A stretch of 64,000 nucleotides of DNA. Source: Dehalococcoidia bacterium. GTDB taxonomy: Bacteria > Chloroflexota > Dehalococcoidia > SM23-28-2. Position 1 is the stretch's first letter. Each line of letters opens with the position of its first letter. Below are positions 51,882 through 61,488 of the stretch, in pieces. The stretch spans positions 15,862 through 79,861 of the forward strand of contig JAUWYP010000004.1 in the NCBI GenBank assembly GCA_030615765.1, given 5' to 3'. Under the pieces are notes generated by a model, which worked only from the letters and a program-made list of their open reading frames with translations, searched no databases and was not told where the DNA came from. The position numbers and the translations under genes are program-made.

Positions 51882-52115
51882 ACCTGACCCATCCTACCCG
51901 CAGGTGCGGGCGTCGGCAAGGGGAGGGGCTATGGCCACGCCACCAAGAACTACACGATGGCGTCCGCTGGAACGAAAGAGGCCCGCCAGTTCGTTCCTCG
52001 CCGGTCTTGAGGCAATGGCGGCTCGGTGCTATGATGCCCGCCGTGCATCAGGAGGGAGACGATCGACGATGAAGCCCCGTCTGCTAGCGGCAGCGAGTGG
52101 TCGCCGGGCAGCGGC

Positions 52116-53489
52116 CTACATCCCCGCGAACTGCTTGATGCAGACGATGGAGCAGTCGCGACCGTGGATGCGCTCTGCCTCGGCTATGGCCTCCTCGACG
52201 CTGGCGGTCGGGATGAACCCCACGTGTCGCGGCACTGCCGGGTCCTCCGCTCCGGCCACGAACACGCGAGCGGCGTGTCGCAGGCGCTTCAGCGGATGGG
52301 TCGCCAGTATCCCGTGCACCGGGTGGAAGGCATAGCCGTTGCGGTAGCGCTCGATGTAGTCGGCTCGGCTGGCGAACTCGTCCATGAAGCGGGCGGTGAT
52401 CTCGTACGGATCGAGGGTCTCCGGCAGCACCCGCTTCCACACCTCCGGGTACGAGGGATGGTGCTCCAGATCCCAGTCCTCCGGGCAGGGCGTGGCCATG
52501 ATCACTGAGCAGCCTGGCTTGCCCAGAGCCTGGATGTAGCCCCCCAGGTAGCCAAGGCCGGAAGAGATCAGGGTTAGGATGGGGTTCATACGGGCGAAGG
52601 TGGCATATGGGCTCCAGGCTGGGAGCCCGTAGATCACCACGTCGGCGGGCTCGGCTGCGGCGCGCCGCGGCTGGTACAGCGAAGTCTGCACCTCAAGCGC
52701 TGCGGCCCGCGTCTCGTCCACGCCGCCCGCAAACACACGACCGATGATCGCCGGGTTGGCCAGCAACGTCTCCACCTTGAACACGCGGCGGCCCAGCTTG
52801 GACTCCAGATGCTGGCCCATCTCATCGAAGACGCCGTGCATCCGGTTGCCGCGCACAGACATCGTCATGCCGTCCGGCGTGTGCGTCCAGCGAATGGAGC
52901 GCCAGGTGGACAGCCCAACGCAGACAGACTTCCAGCCGCCGTTGAAGCCCAGGTAGCAGGCGGCGTTGATGTACACAGTCAAGTCCGACTCCGTTACCAG
53001 ACGGTGAACCTCGACATCATATCCACCGGCCGTTGTCCCCATGTACGTGAGGTTGTCCGGGTCTTCAGCATCGTGGCAGGTCAGGCGCGATCCGAAGCGC
53101 TGCACGAGCTCCTGCCCCAGGATGGACGCCAGCTCCTGGTGCGTCCACCTGCGGTGGAGCCCGTTGGCGCAAACGAGCGAGACGTTTTCCTCGGGCACAC
53201 CGGCTTCCGCCAGTTCTTCCAGGATCGCCTCGATGGCCAACCGCCTGATGGGACCGAACGACGGCGCTGTCGGATCGTCGAAGGCGATGAGCACGCGAGC
53301 CCCGGGCCGAACGAGCTGGCCGACGCGGGGCAGGCCCAGCGGCTCCGCCAGTGCAGCTCGAACGGCCGCCTCTTGATCTGCCACCGGCTCCAGACGAGGG
53401 CCAGGGCCCTCGCCACCTACCAGGCGCGTGCGGTCGGGAAGGCTCACCTCTATGCTCGTGTCACCAAAGAACAGCGTCTGCTCGATCAT
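52116..53489 (-). CDS. Divergent LarA-like (DUF2088) protein lacking one catalytic His
   Basis: The track ORF is 52116..53687. I prefer the ATG at 53489 (MIEQTLFFGD) after GGGAGGAGG. FDDPTAP and CANGLHRRWT match the His108 region. INAACYLGFNGGWK keeps the Lys184 position but has Ala/Cys where LarA has His174. RWTH corresponds to His200. Confidence 0.75.
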   Translation of the reverse strand: MIEQTLFFGDTSIEVSLPDRTRLVGGEGPGPRLEPVADQEAAVRAALAEPLGLPRVGQLVRPGARVLIAFDDPTAPSFGPIRRLAIEAILEELAEAGVPEENVSLVCANGLHRRWTHQELASILGQELVQRFGSRLTCHDAEDPDNLTYMGTTAGGYDVEVHRLVTESDLTVYINAACYLGFNGGWKSVCVGLSTWRSIRWTHTPDGMTMSVRGNRMHGVFDEMGQHLESKLGRRVFKVETLLANPAIIGRVFAGGVDETRAAALEVQTSLYQPRRAAAEPADVVIYGLPAWSPYATFARMNPILTLISSGLGYLGGYIQALGKPGCSVIMATPCPEDWDLEHHPSYPEVWKRVLPETLDPYEITARFMDEFASRADYIERYRNGYAFHPVHGILATHPLKRLRHAARVFVAGAEDPAVPRHVGFIPTASVEEAIAEAERIHGRDCSIVCIKQFAGM

Positions 53490-53689
53490 CGTCGTGCCTC
53501 CTCCCAGTCTGAACCTGATTCTAGCTGCCGCCACCTGGCCAAGCAAGAAGCCTCGTTTCCCAGATATTCGCGAGTCCCGTGAGCACCGGTCTTCCCCCCG
53601 TTGGCCCCCTACGGTATGGTATGTGGAGAAGCCATCGTTCCGACGCACCGCTGATTGGCACCTGTCGGATAGGGGATGGACAGGCATAG

Positions 53690-55216
53690 ATGAAGGTTTT
53701 GTTCGTCTACATCGACCTCGCAGCGCAGAAGAACCGCAAGGGTAAGCTTGTCTGCACCCCGGGCGGCTGGTTCCAGGAAGGCATCGCCTCGATCGCGGCC
53801 TGCCTGCGCCAGGCTGGCCATGAGGTGGCCCTCTACCACCTGGTGAACCCGGTGGAGCGCGACGAGTTTGTCACATCCGTCCGGCGTCACGCGCCCGATG
53901 TCGCTGGCTTCAGCATCGGCAGTGCCATCTTCCCTATGAGCATCCGCTACGCCCGCTGGGCCAAGGAGGCGGGCGTCCCCCTGATTGTTGCCGGCGGCGT
54001 GCACGCCATGATGATGCCCGAACAGACACTGGCCGGCGGATTCGATGTCGCCTGCCTCGGCGAGGGCGAGCGCCCGATGGTCGAGCTGTGCGACCGCCTG
54101 CAGCGCAGCGAGGACACCACCACTGTCCCGAGCCTGCACGTCAAGACCGACAACGGCATCGTCGCCAATCCCACCGCGCCCTTCATTGAAGACCTCGACC
54201 AGTTCCCGTATCCCTACTTCGAGCTGTTCGACTTCCATCGTCTGGTGTCGTCCCAAACGTACACTGCCCTGGCGAGAGTCAGCCGCGGCTGCCCTTATAG
54301 CTGCACCTACTGCTGCAATCGCCAGATCCGGGCCCTCTACCCCAACCCCAAGTCCTTCGCCAGAACGCGCAGTCCCGCCGGCGCCTTGGGCTATCTCAAA
54401 GCACTGCGCGATGCCTATCCCGAAATGCGCTACGTCAACTTCATGGACGACATCCTCCATCCTGACGAGGCGTGGCTGGAGGAGTTCCTGCCCGTGTACA
54501 AGCGAGAGATAGGCCTACCCTTCGTCGCCCAACATCGACCGGGGCTGCTGACCGAGCACGCCACCTCCCTTCTGCGCGATGCCGGCTGCTACGAGCTCCA
54601 TTTCGGGCTGGAGTCCGGCAATGAGGAGATGCGGCGCAAGATCCTGAAGCGGGGCAACATCAGCGACGAGCAGATAATCGAGGCGTTCCGCCTCTGCAAG
54701 AAGTACGGCATCGCCACCGGCGCCTACAACATGATCGGCCTCCCGTTCGAGACCATGGCCATGGCCCTGGAGACCATCAAGCTGAACGCCGTCGTCGCCC
54801 CGAACCTGGTATGGAACCCGATCTTCACGCCCTACCCGCGCACCGACCTGCATCGCGTCGCCGCGGAGGCCGGCCTTGTGGCCGAAGAACCCGACTACGA
54901 GACGGAGGTGATCGTCGACAACCCGGGCTTCCGCCCCAAGCAAGTGCTCTTCGTGCGGGCCTACTTCAAGCTGTTCGTGAACGCGTACAAGCTGGCCCGG
55001 CGCCTTCCGCGATTGCTGGGCCGGCCGCTGGAGGTGATGCTGGACCGGGTCTTCCTCTTTCGGTTCCTACCGTACGGTCTACTCACCCGCGCTGGCGAAG
55101 GCTGGATGAACTTCGAGGGCGGCACGAAGGCGTTCGTCCGCCGGCGCTTCCCTCGGCTCTACCTCCGACTACGACACTGGCTCACGGGCCACAGGATAGC
55201 CCACCCTACGGAGTGA
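53690..55216 (+). CDS. B12-binding-domain radical SAM protein (class B)
   Basis: 508-aa ORF. It has an N-terminal Rossmann-like cobalamin-binding domain (VAGFSI ... PLIVAGGVHA), then RGCPYSCTYCCN (CX3CX2C) and ELHFGLESGNEEM. Confidence 0.85.
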   Translation: MKVLFVYIDLAAQKNRKGKLVCTPGGWFQEGIASIAACLRQAGHEVALYHLVNPVERDEFVTSVRRHAPDVAGFSIGSAIFPMSIRYARWAKEAGVPLIVAGGVHAMMMPEQTLAGGFDVACLGEGERPMVELCDRLQRSEDTTTVPSLHVKTDNGIVANPTAPFIEDLDQFPYPYFELFDFHRLVSSQTYTALARVSRGCPYSCTYCCNRQIRALYPNPKSFARTRSPAGALGYLKALRDAYPEMRYVNFMDDILHPDEAWLEEFLPVYKREIGLPFVAQHRPGLLTEHATSLLRDAGCYELHFGLESGNEEMRRKILKRGNISDEQIIEAFRLCKKYGIATGAYNMIGLPFETMAMALETIKLNAVVAPNLVWNPIFTPYPRTDLHRVAAEAGLVAEEPDYETEVIVDNPGFRPKQVLFVRAYFKLFVNAYKLARRLPRLLGRPLEVMLDRVFLFRFLPYGLLTRAGEGWMNFEGGTKAFVRRRFPRLYLRLRHWLTGHRIAHPTE

Positions 55217-55371
55217 CCCCTGCCGCGAGGCCACCCAGGCGAAGGCCAGGGGAACACCCGCCCTTGCTGTTGCCCTACGGCTAGGCGGATGGTAGATTTG
55301 GGGATGCCGCGGAAGGCCGCTGGCAAGACCATGGAAGCGCCGTCGGCCCAGCCGAGAGCAGGAGGAACCCC

Positions 55372-56007
55372 GTGGACCTCAGCATCCTTAAGCAGGCGCT
55401 CATCGAGGGCGACGACCAGACTGTCGCTGAACTGACCCGGCGCGCCCTGAACGAGGATCATTCGGCCGAGACGATCCTCAATGACGCCCTCATCAGCGGC
55501 ATGGAGAAAGTGGGGGAACTCTTCGAGCAGGGCGAGTACTTCGTGCCCGAATTGCTACTGGCAGCGCGGGCTATGCAAGGTGCCATGGAGGTGCTGCGTC
55601 CCCTCCTCGCCGCCAGCGACTACCAGCCGACGGGCAAGGTGGTGATGGGAACAGTCCAGGGCGACCTCCACGACATCGGCAAGAAGCTGGTGGCGATGAT
55701 GCTGGAGGGCAGCGGCTTCGAGGTGATCGACCTGGGGGCGGACGTCCCGCCCGAGCGTTTTGTTGAGGCCGTGGAAGAGAGTGGAGCCCAGCTAGTGGGG
55801 CTGTCGGCCCTTCTCACCACCACCCTTCCCGCCATGGAGGCCACCGTGAGCGCGCTACGGGAGACAGAGCTGCCGACGCAGGTGAGAATCATGATCGGCG
55901 GCGCCCCCGTTACCTCCAGGTTCGCCCAGGACATCGGCGCCGATGGCTACGCGCCCGATGCCTCCAACGCCGTGGCCCTTGCGCGCAGGCTTGTGGCCCC
56001 GGACTAA
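55372..56007 (+). CDS. Corrinoid (cobalamin-binding) methyl-carrier protein, MtaC/MtbC/MetH-B12-domain type
   Basis: GTG start after AGGAGGAA. It has a helical cap domain, then GDLHDIGK (DxHxxG), SALLTTT (SxL) and MIGGAPV (GG). Confidence 0.9.
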   Translation: MDLSILKQALIEGDDQTVAELTRRALNEDHSAETILNDALISGMEKVGELFEQGEYFVPELLLAARAMQGAMEVLRPLLAASDYQPTGKVVMGTVQGDLHDIGKKLVAMMLEGSGFEVIDLGADVPPERFVEAVEESGAQLVGLSALLTTTLPAMEATVSALRETELPTQVRIMIGGAPVTSRFAQDIGADGYAPDASNAVALARRLVAPD

Positions 56008-56121
56008 GGGGCTTCGCGGGCCTCGGGTGTGCCTTGAGATACGCCAGTCTGGCCGTCCCCAACCCGCGTGACCTGGTGTTCGGTCGCGCGCCCACGGTCG
56101 ATAGATACGAGAGGTAGCATC

Positions 56122-57048
56122 GTGCGAGCAGACCCCACTCCTCGCCAGGCGAAGCTCCTGAAAATCGGCGCCTCCCCGCGGCCAGCTGTCTACGACGGCT
56201 CTAAGGGCGTCTACCTGAGTCCCAGCCTGGCGCAGGTCGGCAAGCGACCTTCCGACCTCACTGAGTGGTTGAACCTGCTGGCCCCAGATATCGTCCGTCA
56301 CGCACATCAGGAGTATGTGGCTGCCGGTTCGCAGATCATCCAGACCAACTCCTTCAACGGGACCCGCTTCCGCCTGCAACCCTCCAGCCTCGACTCGCGA
56401 GTGGCGGAGGTGAACGTCTCGGCGGCCCGGATCGCCCGCGAGGCCGCGGGCGACGACGTGCTCGTAGCGGGCGTCATCGGCCCCAGCGGGAAGCTGCCGG
56501 CCGTGGGAGAAGTGGCAAAGGACGAGTTGGTTGCGGCCTTCGCCGAGCAAGCGAGCGCCTTGGACAAAGGAGGCGTGGACTTCTTCCACATCGAGACCAT
56601 GTCCGATCTAGAGGAAGCGGTAGCGGCTGTGGAAGGCGTCCGAAGCGTCTCGGGCCTGCCGGTGGCGCTCACCATGTCCTTCGACGCCGGAAACGTGGAG
56701 CGAGGCCTGCGCAGCATGATGGGCGTTTCCCCCAAGGCGCTGGTGGACAAGGCAAACGAGCTGGGACTGTTCGCTGTGGGCGCCAACTGCGGCCTGGGCC
56801 TGGAGGGCTATCAGTCGCTCGTCCGCGACCTCATTGAGTCAGCCCCGACCGGCCTCGTTATCGCCAAGCTGAATGCGGGCATGCCCAAGATTGAGGGCGG
56901 CCGGACGGTGTACGAGGCCTCGCCGGCCAGCATGGCAGACTACGCCGTCTGGTGCGCCCACAAGGGAGTTCATATCGTCGGTGCTTGCTGCGGCAGCACG
57001 CCCGAGCATATCGAGGCGATGGCCAGGGCGCTGACCCGCGAACTGTAA
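56122..57048 (+). CDS. Homocysteine S-methyltransferase-family (Pfam S-methyl_trans) zinc thiol methyltransferase
   Basis: The track ORF starts at 56068. I prefer the GTG at 56122 after GAGAGGTAG, but the start is uncertain. Motifs are AGSQIIQTNSF, GANCGLG, and GACCGSTPEHI (the three Zn-ligand Cys). Confidence 0.8.
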   Translation: MRADPTPRQAKLLKIGASPRPAVYDGSKGVYLSPSLAQVGKRPSDLTEWLNLLAPDIVRHAHQEYVAAGSQIIQTNSFNGTRFRLQPSSLDSRVAEVNVSAARIAREAAGDDVLVAGVIGPSGKLPAVGEVAKDELVAAFAEQASALDKGGVDFFHIETMSDLEEAVAAVEGVRSVSGLPVALTMSFDAGNVERGLRSMMGVSPKALVDKANELGLFAVGANCGLGLEGYQSLVRDLIESAPTGLVIAKLNAGMPKIEGGRTVYEASPASMADYAVWCAHKGVHIVGACCGSTPEHIEAMARALTREL

Positions 57049-57051
57049 CGC

Positions 57052-58686
57052 CTACGACTCCGGAAAGCGGAGGTAGGACGCGAAGCGCGACGAGAAGTCG
57101 GGCTTCTCCGCCAGGGAGACGTGCCGGATGCGGCGGGCCAGCCGCCTCGCCGCCCGCAGTCGGCCCGGGAACATGAGAGCAAGCTTGGCCCCCATGCCGG
57201 CCACGTTGCCGACGGGATGGATCCTCCCCCGCAGCGCCTCGGGAAGCATCCCCAACGCGAGCAGACTCTCGGCCCGCATGGAACTGCCGAAGGCACCGCC
57301 CACGAACACCCGCTCGATGGACTCCGGCTCCGCCCCCGCTTCCTCCAGAACACTCTCGGCGCCGGTGCGGATGGCCGCCTTCGCCAGCTGCACCTGACGA
57401 ATGTCCGCTTGGGTCAGCAGGATGGACTTCCCCAACTCATCCTCGTAAAGAACAAATCGACGCTGTCCTCCATCCTCTCGCACGCGGGCACGCAGGTCGG
57501 ACGGCACGTCGGCTGGGACCTGGCCCGGCCCCAAGAGGCGTCCGCTGGGCAAGATCAGACCGCGACGCAGCAGAACGGTCACTGCATCCGCCAGCCCAGA
57601 GCCGCACAGGCCCAGGGGCGGCCCTCCATCGATGGTATCGAGCCGCAGCCGCCCGTCCTCCTCCTCTACCCGCTCCACCGCGCCGGCGACAGCCGCCATC
57701 CCCGAGGAGATGTGCACCCCCTCGAAGGCGGGCCCTGCAGCGCAGGAGCAGCCCACAGCCATCCGCCGAGACAGCACCACTATCTCGCCGTTGGTGCCTA
57801 GATCGATAAAGAGGCTCGGCTTGCGCCAGCCAGCGAGCCCCAGAGCCAGTAGCCCCGCCACAGCGTCCGAGCCGATTTGCCCGCCCACGCCTGGCAAGAG
57901 CTTCACGCGCGCGTGGGCCAGTCGCTGAAAGCCCAAAACGCCGGCGGCCACCGGCGGCGTCTCGGTGAAGACGGGACGGTACGGCGCTACGCCCAGGGGC
58001 CAGGGGTCCACTCCGCGAAAGAGATGCATCATCGTCAGGTTCCCCACGGCTGTCAAGTTGGAAACCGTCTCAAGGGAAACGCCGTGGCGGGAGCATAGCT
58101 CCACCAAGTGCTCCTCGATCGCTCCGACGAGGCAGCTCTGAACCTCGGCCAGTCGCTCGCCGCCCTGGTGGGCATAGACGATGCGAGAGACGACATCGGC
58201 TCCGAAGGCCTGCTGCGGATTAGCGAAGGCGGCGACCCCGACCTGGCAGGCTCGCGCCAGGTCCACCAGATAGCAGACCACCGTGGTGGTACCGATGTCG
58301 ATGGCCGCCCCGTAACCAGTGGCCAGCCGCCGCCCGGCGCGCCGCTCTTCGGCCGACTCCGGCACGGCAGCCTCCGTAAGAATGCGAAGGGTAGCAGCAG
58401 GTGCCAGCGCCGGGATGACGATACGGCAGTCGCATTCAACCGAGGCCTGACAGGCCAGTCGCCAGCCGGCCTTTACGGCCTCGCCCCCAAGGAGAAGGTT
58501 GTCTTCCGAAGTCGCTGGAGGAGCCCCCTCCAGAAAGCGGATGCGACAGGCGCCACAGGTCCCTCGGCCGCCGCACTCCGAATCAATGCCCAGGCCGGCC
58601 GCTCTCACCGCTGCAAGCAGATTGCCGCCCCGCTGCACGTCGATCTCTGACTGAAAGCCGTGCAGGACGACCCGCACAACATCCAT
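57052..58686 (-). CDS. RACo-type reductive activase of corrinoid enzymes ([2Fe-2S] ferredoxin + ASKHA ATPase, DUF4445)
   Basis: The track ORF is 57052..59001. I prefer the ATG at 58686 (MDVVRVVLHG) after GGAGGAG. The plant-type ferredoxin motif is CGGRGTCGACRI ... LACQ, followed by AIDIGTTTVV and IDLGTNGEIV. Confidence 0.88.
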   Translation of the reverse strand: MDVVRVVLHGFQSEIDVQRGGNLLAAVRAAGLGIDSECGGRGTCGACRIRFLEGAPPATSEDNLLLGGEAVKAGWRLACQASVECDCRIVIPALAPAATLRILTEAAVPESAEERRAGRRLATGYGAAIDIGTTTVVCYLVDLARACQVGVAAFANPQQAFGADVVSRIVYAHQGGERLAEVQSCLVGAIEEHLVELCSRHGVSLETVSNLTAVGNLTMMHLFRGVDPWPLGVAPYRPVFTETPPVAAGVLGFQRLAHARVKLLPGVGGQIGSDAVAGLLALGLAGWRKPSLFIDLGTNGEIVVLSRRMAVGCSCAAGPAFEGVHISSGMAAVAGAVERVEEEDGRLRLDTIDGGPPLGLCGSGLADAVTVLLRRGLILPSGRLLGPGQVPADVPSDLRARVREDGGQRRFVLYEDELGKSILLTQADIRQVQLAKAAIRTGAESVLEEAGAEPESIERVFVGGAFGSSMRAESLLALGMLPEALRGRIHPVGNVAGMGAKLALMFPGRLRAARRLARRIRHVSLAEKPDFSSRFASYLRFPES

Positions 58687-58759
58687 TACGCTCCTCCTAC
58701 CCACGACGACCACAAGTGCCGTCCGAGGGAGCGCCCTCTCGCCCTCACGGGACAACCCG

Positions 58760-58788
58760 AATATACTATTGCCTTGGCTCTCTAGCAA
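58760..58788 (-). promoter_or_regulatory. Candidate promoter (TTGCTA-17-TATATT) for the RACo gene
   Basis: On the minus strand, TTGCTA lies at 58788-58783 and TATATT at 58765-58760, within the divergent intergenic region between RACo and the URO-D gene. Confidence 0.35.
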
Positions 58789-58827
58789 AGGCGATGACTG
58801 CGGGAGGGCCGGAGAGGAGCGACCGTC

Positions 58828-60009
58828 ATGCTGGCCCGCGAGAGGGTGCTCATGGCCCTCAACCATGAGGAGCCGGACAGGGTGCCCATCGACCTTGGCA
58901 GCACCCAGGTGACAGGCATCTGCCGAAATGCCTACACCGACCTGCTCGCCTGCCTGGGCCTCTCGGGACGGGAGATCCAGGTAGTGGACATGCTCCAGCA
59001 ACTAGCGCGCGTCGACGAGGACGTGCTCCAAGCTCTAGAGGTGGACTTCCGGCCTATCCAGAGCAACCCACCCGCCGGCTATCGTCTCCAGGTGCGCGAC
59101 GAGGGTGACTGCGAGACCTACTACGACCAGTGGGGGGCCAAGTTGCGTCGGTCCAAAGCTGGCGGCCACTACTTCGACTACGTCGAGTATCCAATCAAGG
59201 AGTCCACCCTGGAGGCCCTGGAGCGCTACTCCTGGCCCGATCCTGACGATCCCAGCCGCTATGAGGGACTGCGCGAGCGAGCGCAAGCCCTCCGCGAACG
59301 AACGCCCTACGCACTAGTCGGTGAGTGCGGACTGGGCGGGGACATCCTGGCCAGGCCACAGTGGATCCGCGGCTACGCCGAGTCGATGATCGACCTTGCG
59401 GCCAACCCCGATTTCGCCGAGGCCTTCCTGGAGCGGCTTACCCAGATCGCCGTGCGGGCCTGGAGCCACTTCCTCGATGAGGTGGGGGAATACCTGGACG
59501 TGGCGGCCTTTGGCGACGATCTAGGCATGCAGGACCGTCCTCTCATCTCACCAGCGATGTACCGCCGCCTCGTCAAGCCGCGGCACGCCCGCATCATCGA
59601 GGCCATCAAGGCGCGAACGAAGGCCAAGGTCTTCATGCATTCCTGCGGCGCCGTAAGCGAGTTCATCCCCGACATCGTCGAGATCGGGGTGGACATCCTC
59701 AATCCCATCCAGGTATCGGCCACCGGCATGGGCGACACGGCAGAGCTGAAGCGCCGCTACGGCCAGCATCTGACGTTCTGGGGCGGCGCCTGCGACTCGC
59801 AACGGGTGCTTCCATTCGGCACGCTGGCAGAAATACAGGCGGAAACACGGCGGCGCATCGCCGATCTGGCCCCTGGCGGCGGCTTCGTCTTTGCCCCCGT
59901 CCACAACATCCAGCCCGACGTCTCGGGCGAGAAAACGCTGGCGCTCTATCGTACGGCTCTGGAGCAGGGACGCTATCCCATCGGGCGAGCACCCACTGGA
60001 GGCCAGTGA
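58828..60009 (+). CDS. URO-D/MtaA-family methyltransferase (corrinoid-dependent)
   Basis: 393-aa ORF with a GGAGAGGAG SD. ERVLMALNHEEPDRVPID and FMHSCGAVSEFIPDIVEIGVDILNPIQ are typical of uroporphyrinogen-decarboxylase-fold methyltransferases. Confidence 0.8.
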   Translation: MLARERVLMALNHEEPDRVPIDLGSTQVTGICRNAYTDLLACLGLSGREIQVVDMLQQLARVDEDVLQALEVDFRPIQSNPPAGYRLQVRDEGDCETYYDQWGAKLRRSKAGGHYFDYVEYPIKESTLEALERYSWPDPDDPSRYEGLRERAQALRERTPYALVGECGLGGDILARPQWIRGYAESMIDLAANPDFAEAFLERLTQIAVRAWSHFLDEVGEYLDVAAFGDDLGMQDRPLISPAMYRRLVKPRHARIIEAIKARTKAKVFMHSCGAVSEFIPDIVEIGVDILNPIQVSATGMGDTAELKRRYGQHLTFWGGACDSQRVLPFGTLAEIQAETRRRIADLAPGGGFVFAPVHNIQPDVSGEKTLALYRTALEQGRYPIGRAPTGGQ

Positions 60010-60064
60010 CAGTAGGGTCGACGATGCCCACGGCCAGGTGAGGCAGGCGTCTATGCGGCCAGAC

Positions 60065-61228
60065 TTAGCTGGTTCCGAAATGCTCTCGGTTCCAGCGATG
60101 CCCCTCGTCCAGCATGGCTAAGTAGTTCTGCTTCGGGATGTAGTTGGCGGCGGTGTTGCCGGTGCCCAGGCAGTAGCCGGTGCCCTTGACGCCGCAGGTC
60201 TCCAAGATCTGCCGGGTGCGGGCGCGCACCTGCTCCTCTGTGCCCGCAGCGAGCAAGTGCATGTCCACGCCGCCCAGAATGGCGATACGATCGCCCCAGC
60301 GCCGGTAGACCTCCTCCACCGGCATGATCTTGTCTTCGAACGAGTGCTTGGCGTCGACGCCGATGTCGTCGATGGCTTCGTCCATTATCTTGTAGACGTT
60401 GCCGCAGGAGTGGAAGATGAGCAGCCTGCCGGCCTGGTGGGTGATGTCGGTGATCTTCTTGTAGTGGGGAAAGATGTGGCGACGGATGACGTCCGGCGAA
60501 ACCAGGGTGCCACTATAGAAGCCGAGGTCGTCGCTGAGGAATACCATGGCCACATTGTCAATGGTGACGGCCTGGGCGACAGTAGCAGTCGCGAGCTCGC
60601 CCACCCGCTGGCAAATGGCCTCTACCAGGTCGGGCTGGTCGCGGAGGGCATAGGAAAAGGACTGCAGACCCATGAGCCAGGTGGCGTGCTCGAAGATGCC
60701 CCCGAACATGAACGCCGCGATCTTCATCCCCTCCGGCACGCGGGCGCTGACGTACTCCAGGCCTGCGTGGCTCATCTCTTCCGCCTTGGGCCAGGGGTAG
60801 GCCTCAAAGTCGGCCCAGCTCTGGATGGGACCGGTGGCCTCATCCTGCCAGTAGCGCTGGCCGCCGGGCCAGTTCTGGACCCCGGCGGTATCGGCAGCGG
60901 TCTTCAAGCTGCGCCGAAGGCTGAAACCCGTCACCATGGGCACGTAATCATAGCCCATCTCGTAGCAGAAGCGGACGTACATGTCGAGGGACTTCATCAG
61001 GCCCCGGAGCTCATCCACGGAGAACTCCAGCGTTGGCTCTTCGACGTAGCGGTGCAGGTTGACAGGGAACTTCTCCTCCAGGACGGCCTCCACCATGCCG
61101 GGGTCGGCGAACAGCTCAAAGAAGGGCACCGACCCTGGTGGACCCTGGCGCAGGATGGTCCGGCGCAGGTTCTCGAAATCGGGCTGGCGCTGCACGGCAA
61201 ATCGCGGCCCGGGAGACTGAGCATTCAT
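60065..61228 (-). CDS. URO-D/MtaA-family methyltransferase (second, divergent copy)
   Basis: I prefer the ATG at 61228 (MNAQSPGPRF) after AGGAGGG. Motifs include IFHSCGNVYKIMDEAIDDIGVDAKHSFED, and ILGGVDMHLL. Confidence 0.78.
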   Translation of the reverse strand: MNAQSPGPRFAVQRQPDFENLRRTILRQGPPGSVPFFELFADPGMVEAVLEEKFPVNLHRYVEEPTLEFSVDELRGLMKSLDMYVRFCYEMGYDYVPMVTGFSLRRSLKTAADTAGVQNWPGGQRYWQDEATGPIQSWADFEAYPWPKAEEMSHAGLEYVSARVPEGMKIAAFMFGGIFEHATWLMGLQSFSYALRDQPDLVEAICQRVGELATATVAQAVTIDNVAMVFLSDDLGFYSGTLVSPDVIRRHIFPHYKKITDITHQAGRLLIFHSCGNVYKIMDEAIDDIGVDAKHSFEDKIMPVEEVYRRWGDRIAILGGVDMHLLAAGTEEQVRARTRQILETCGVKGTGYCLGTGNTAANYIPKQNYLAMLDEGHRWNREHFGTS

Positions 61229-61488
61229 CGTGATCCCTCCTGGCAGGCGGCGGGTCTCGCTGGCCCTCGAAGCCATTATAGCGATGCGTTGCCGTCAGGC
61301 AACACCACGGCCGCTGCCTCATAGAACGAAGGGTTGATGGTGGCCAGCGGCTACACCTCTTGCGGCGAACTCTACGGGGGCGTTGCCAGGCATGCTTCCC
61401 CGGCCTGGGATGCGCGACAACTTACTCCTTTCGCCAGCCGCTTCTGCTTGCTAGACTAGGCTCAGAGCTACGCCGGGAGGTATCTGCC

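Noticed and set aside
55217-55371. A cobalamin riboswitch upstream of the corrinoid protein gene.
   Set aside because: I could not find a B12-box-like core (GCCACUG-type) or the characteristic multi-stem arrangement in either orientation. The region looks like ordinary GC-rich intergenic DNA. An Rfam scan would be decisive.
58687-59001. N-terminal extensions of track ORFs past SD-supported internal starts. These are RACo 58687..59001, LarA-like 53490..53687, NirJ-like 24369..24515, DUF362 61360..61488, the TP-repeat protein 34290..34457, and esterase 42511..42576.
   Set aside because: The extensions overlap neighbouring genes or divergent promoters. They lack homology-like sequence. The internal ATGs have strong GGAGG-type ribosome-binding sites at correct spacing, and the conserved family N-termini begin there.
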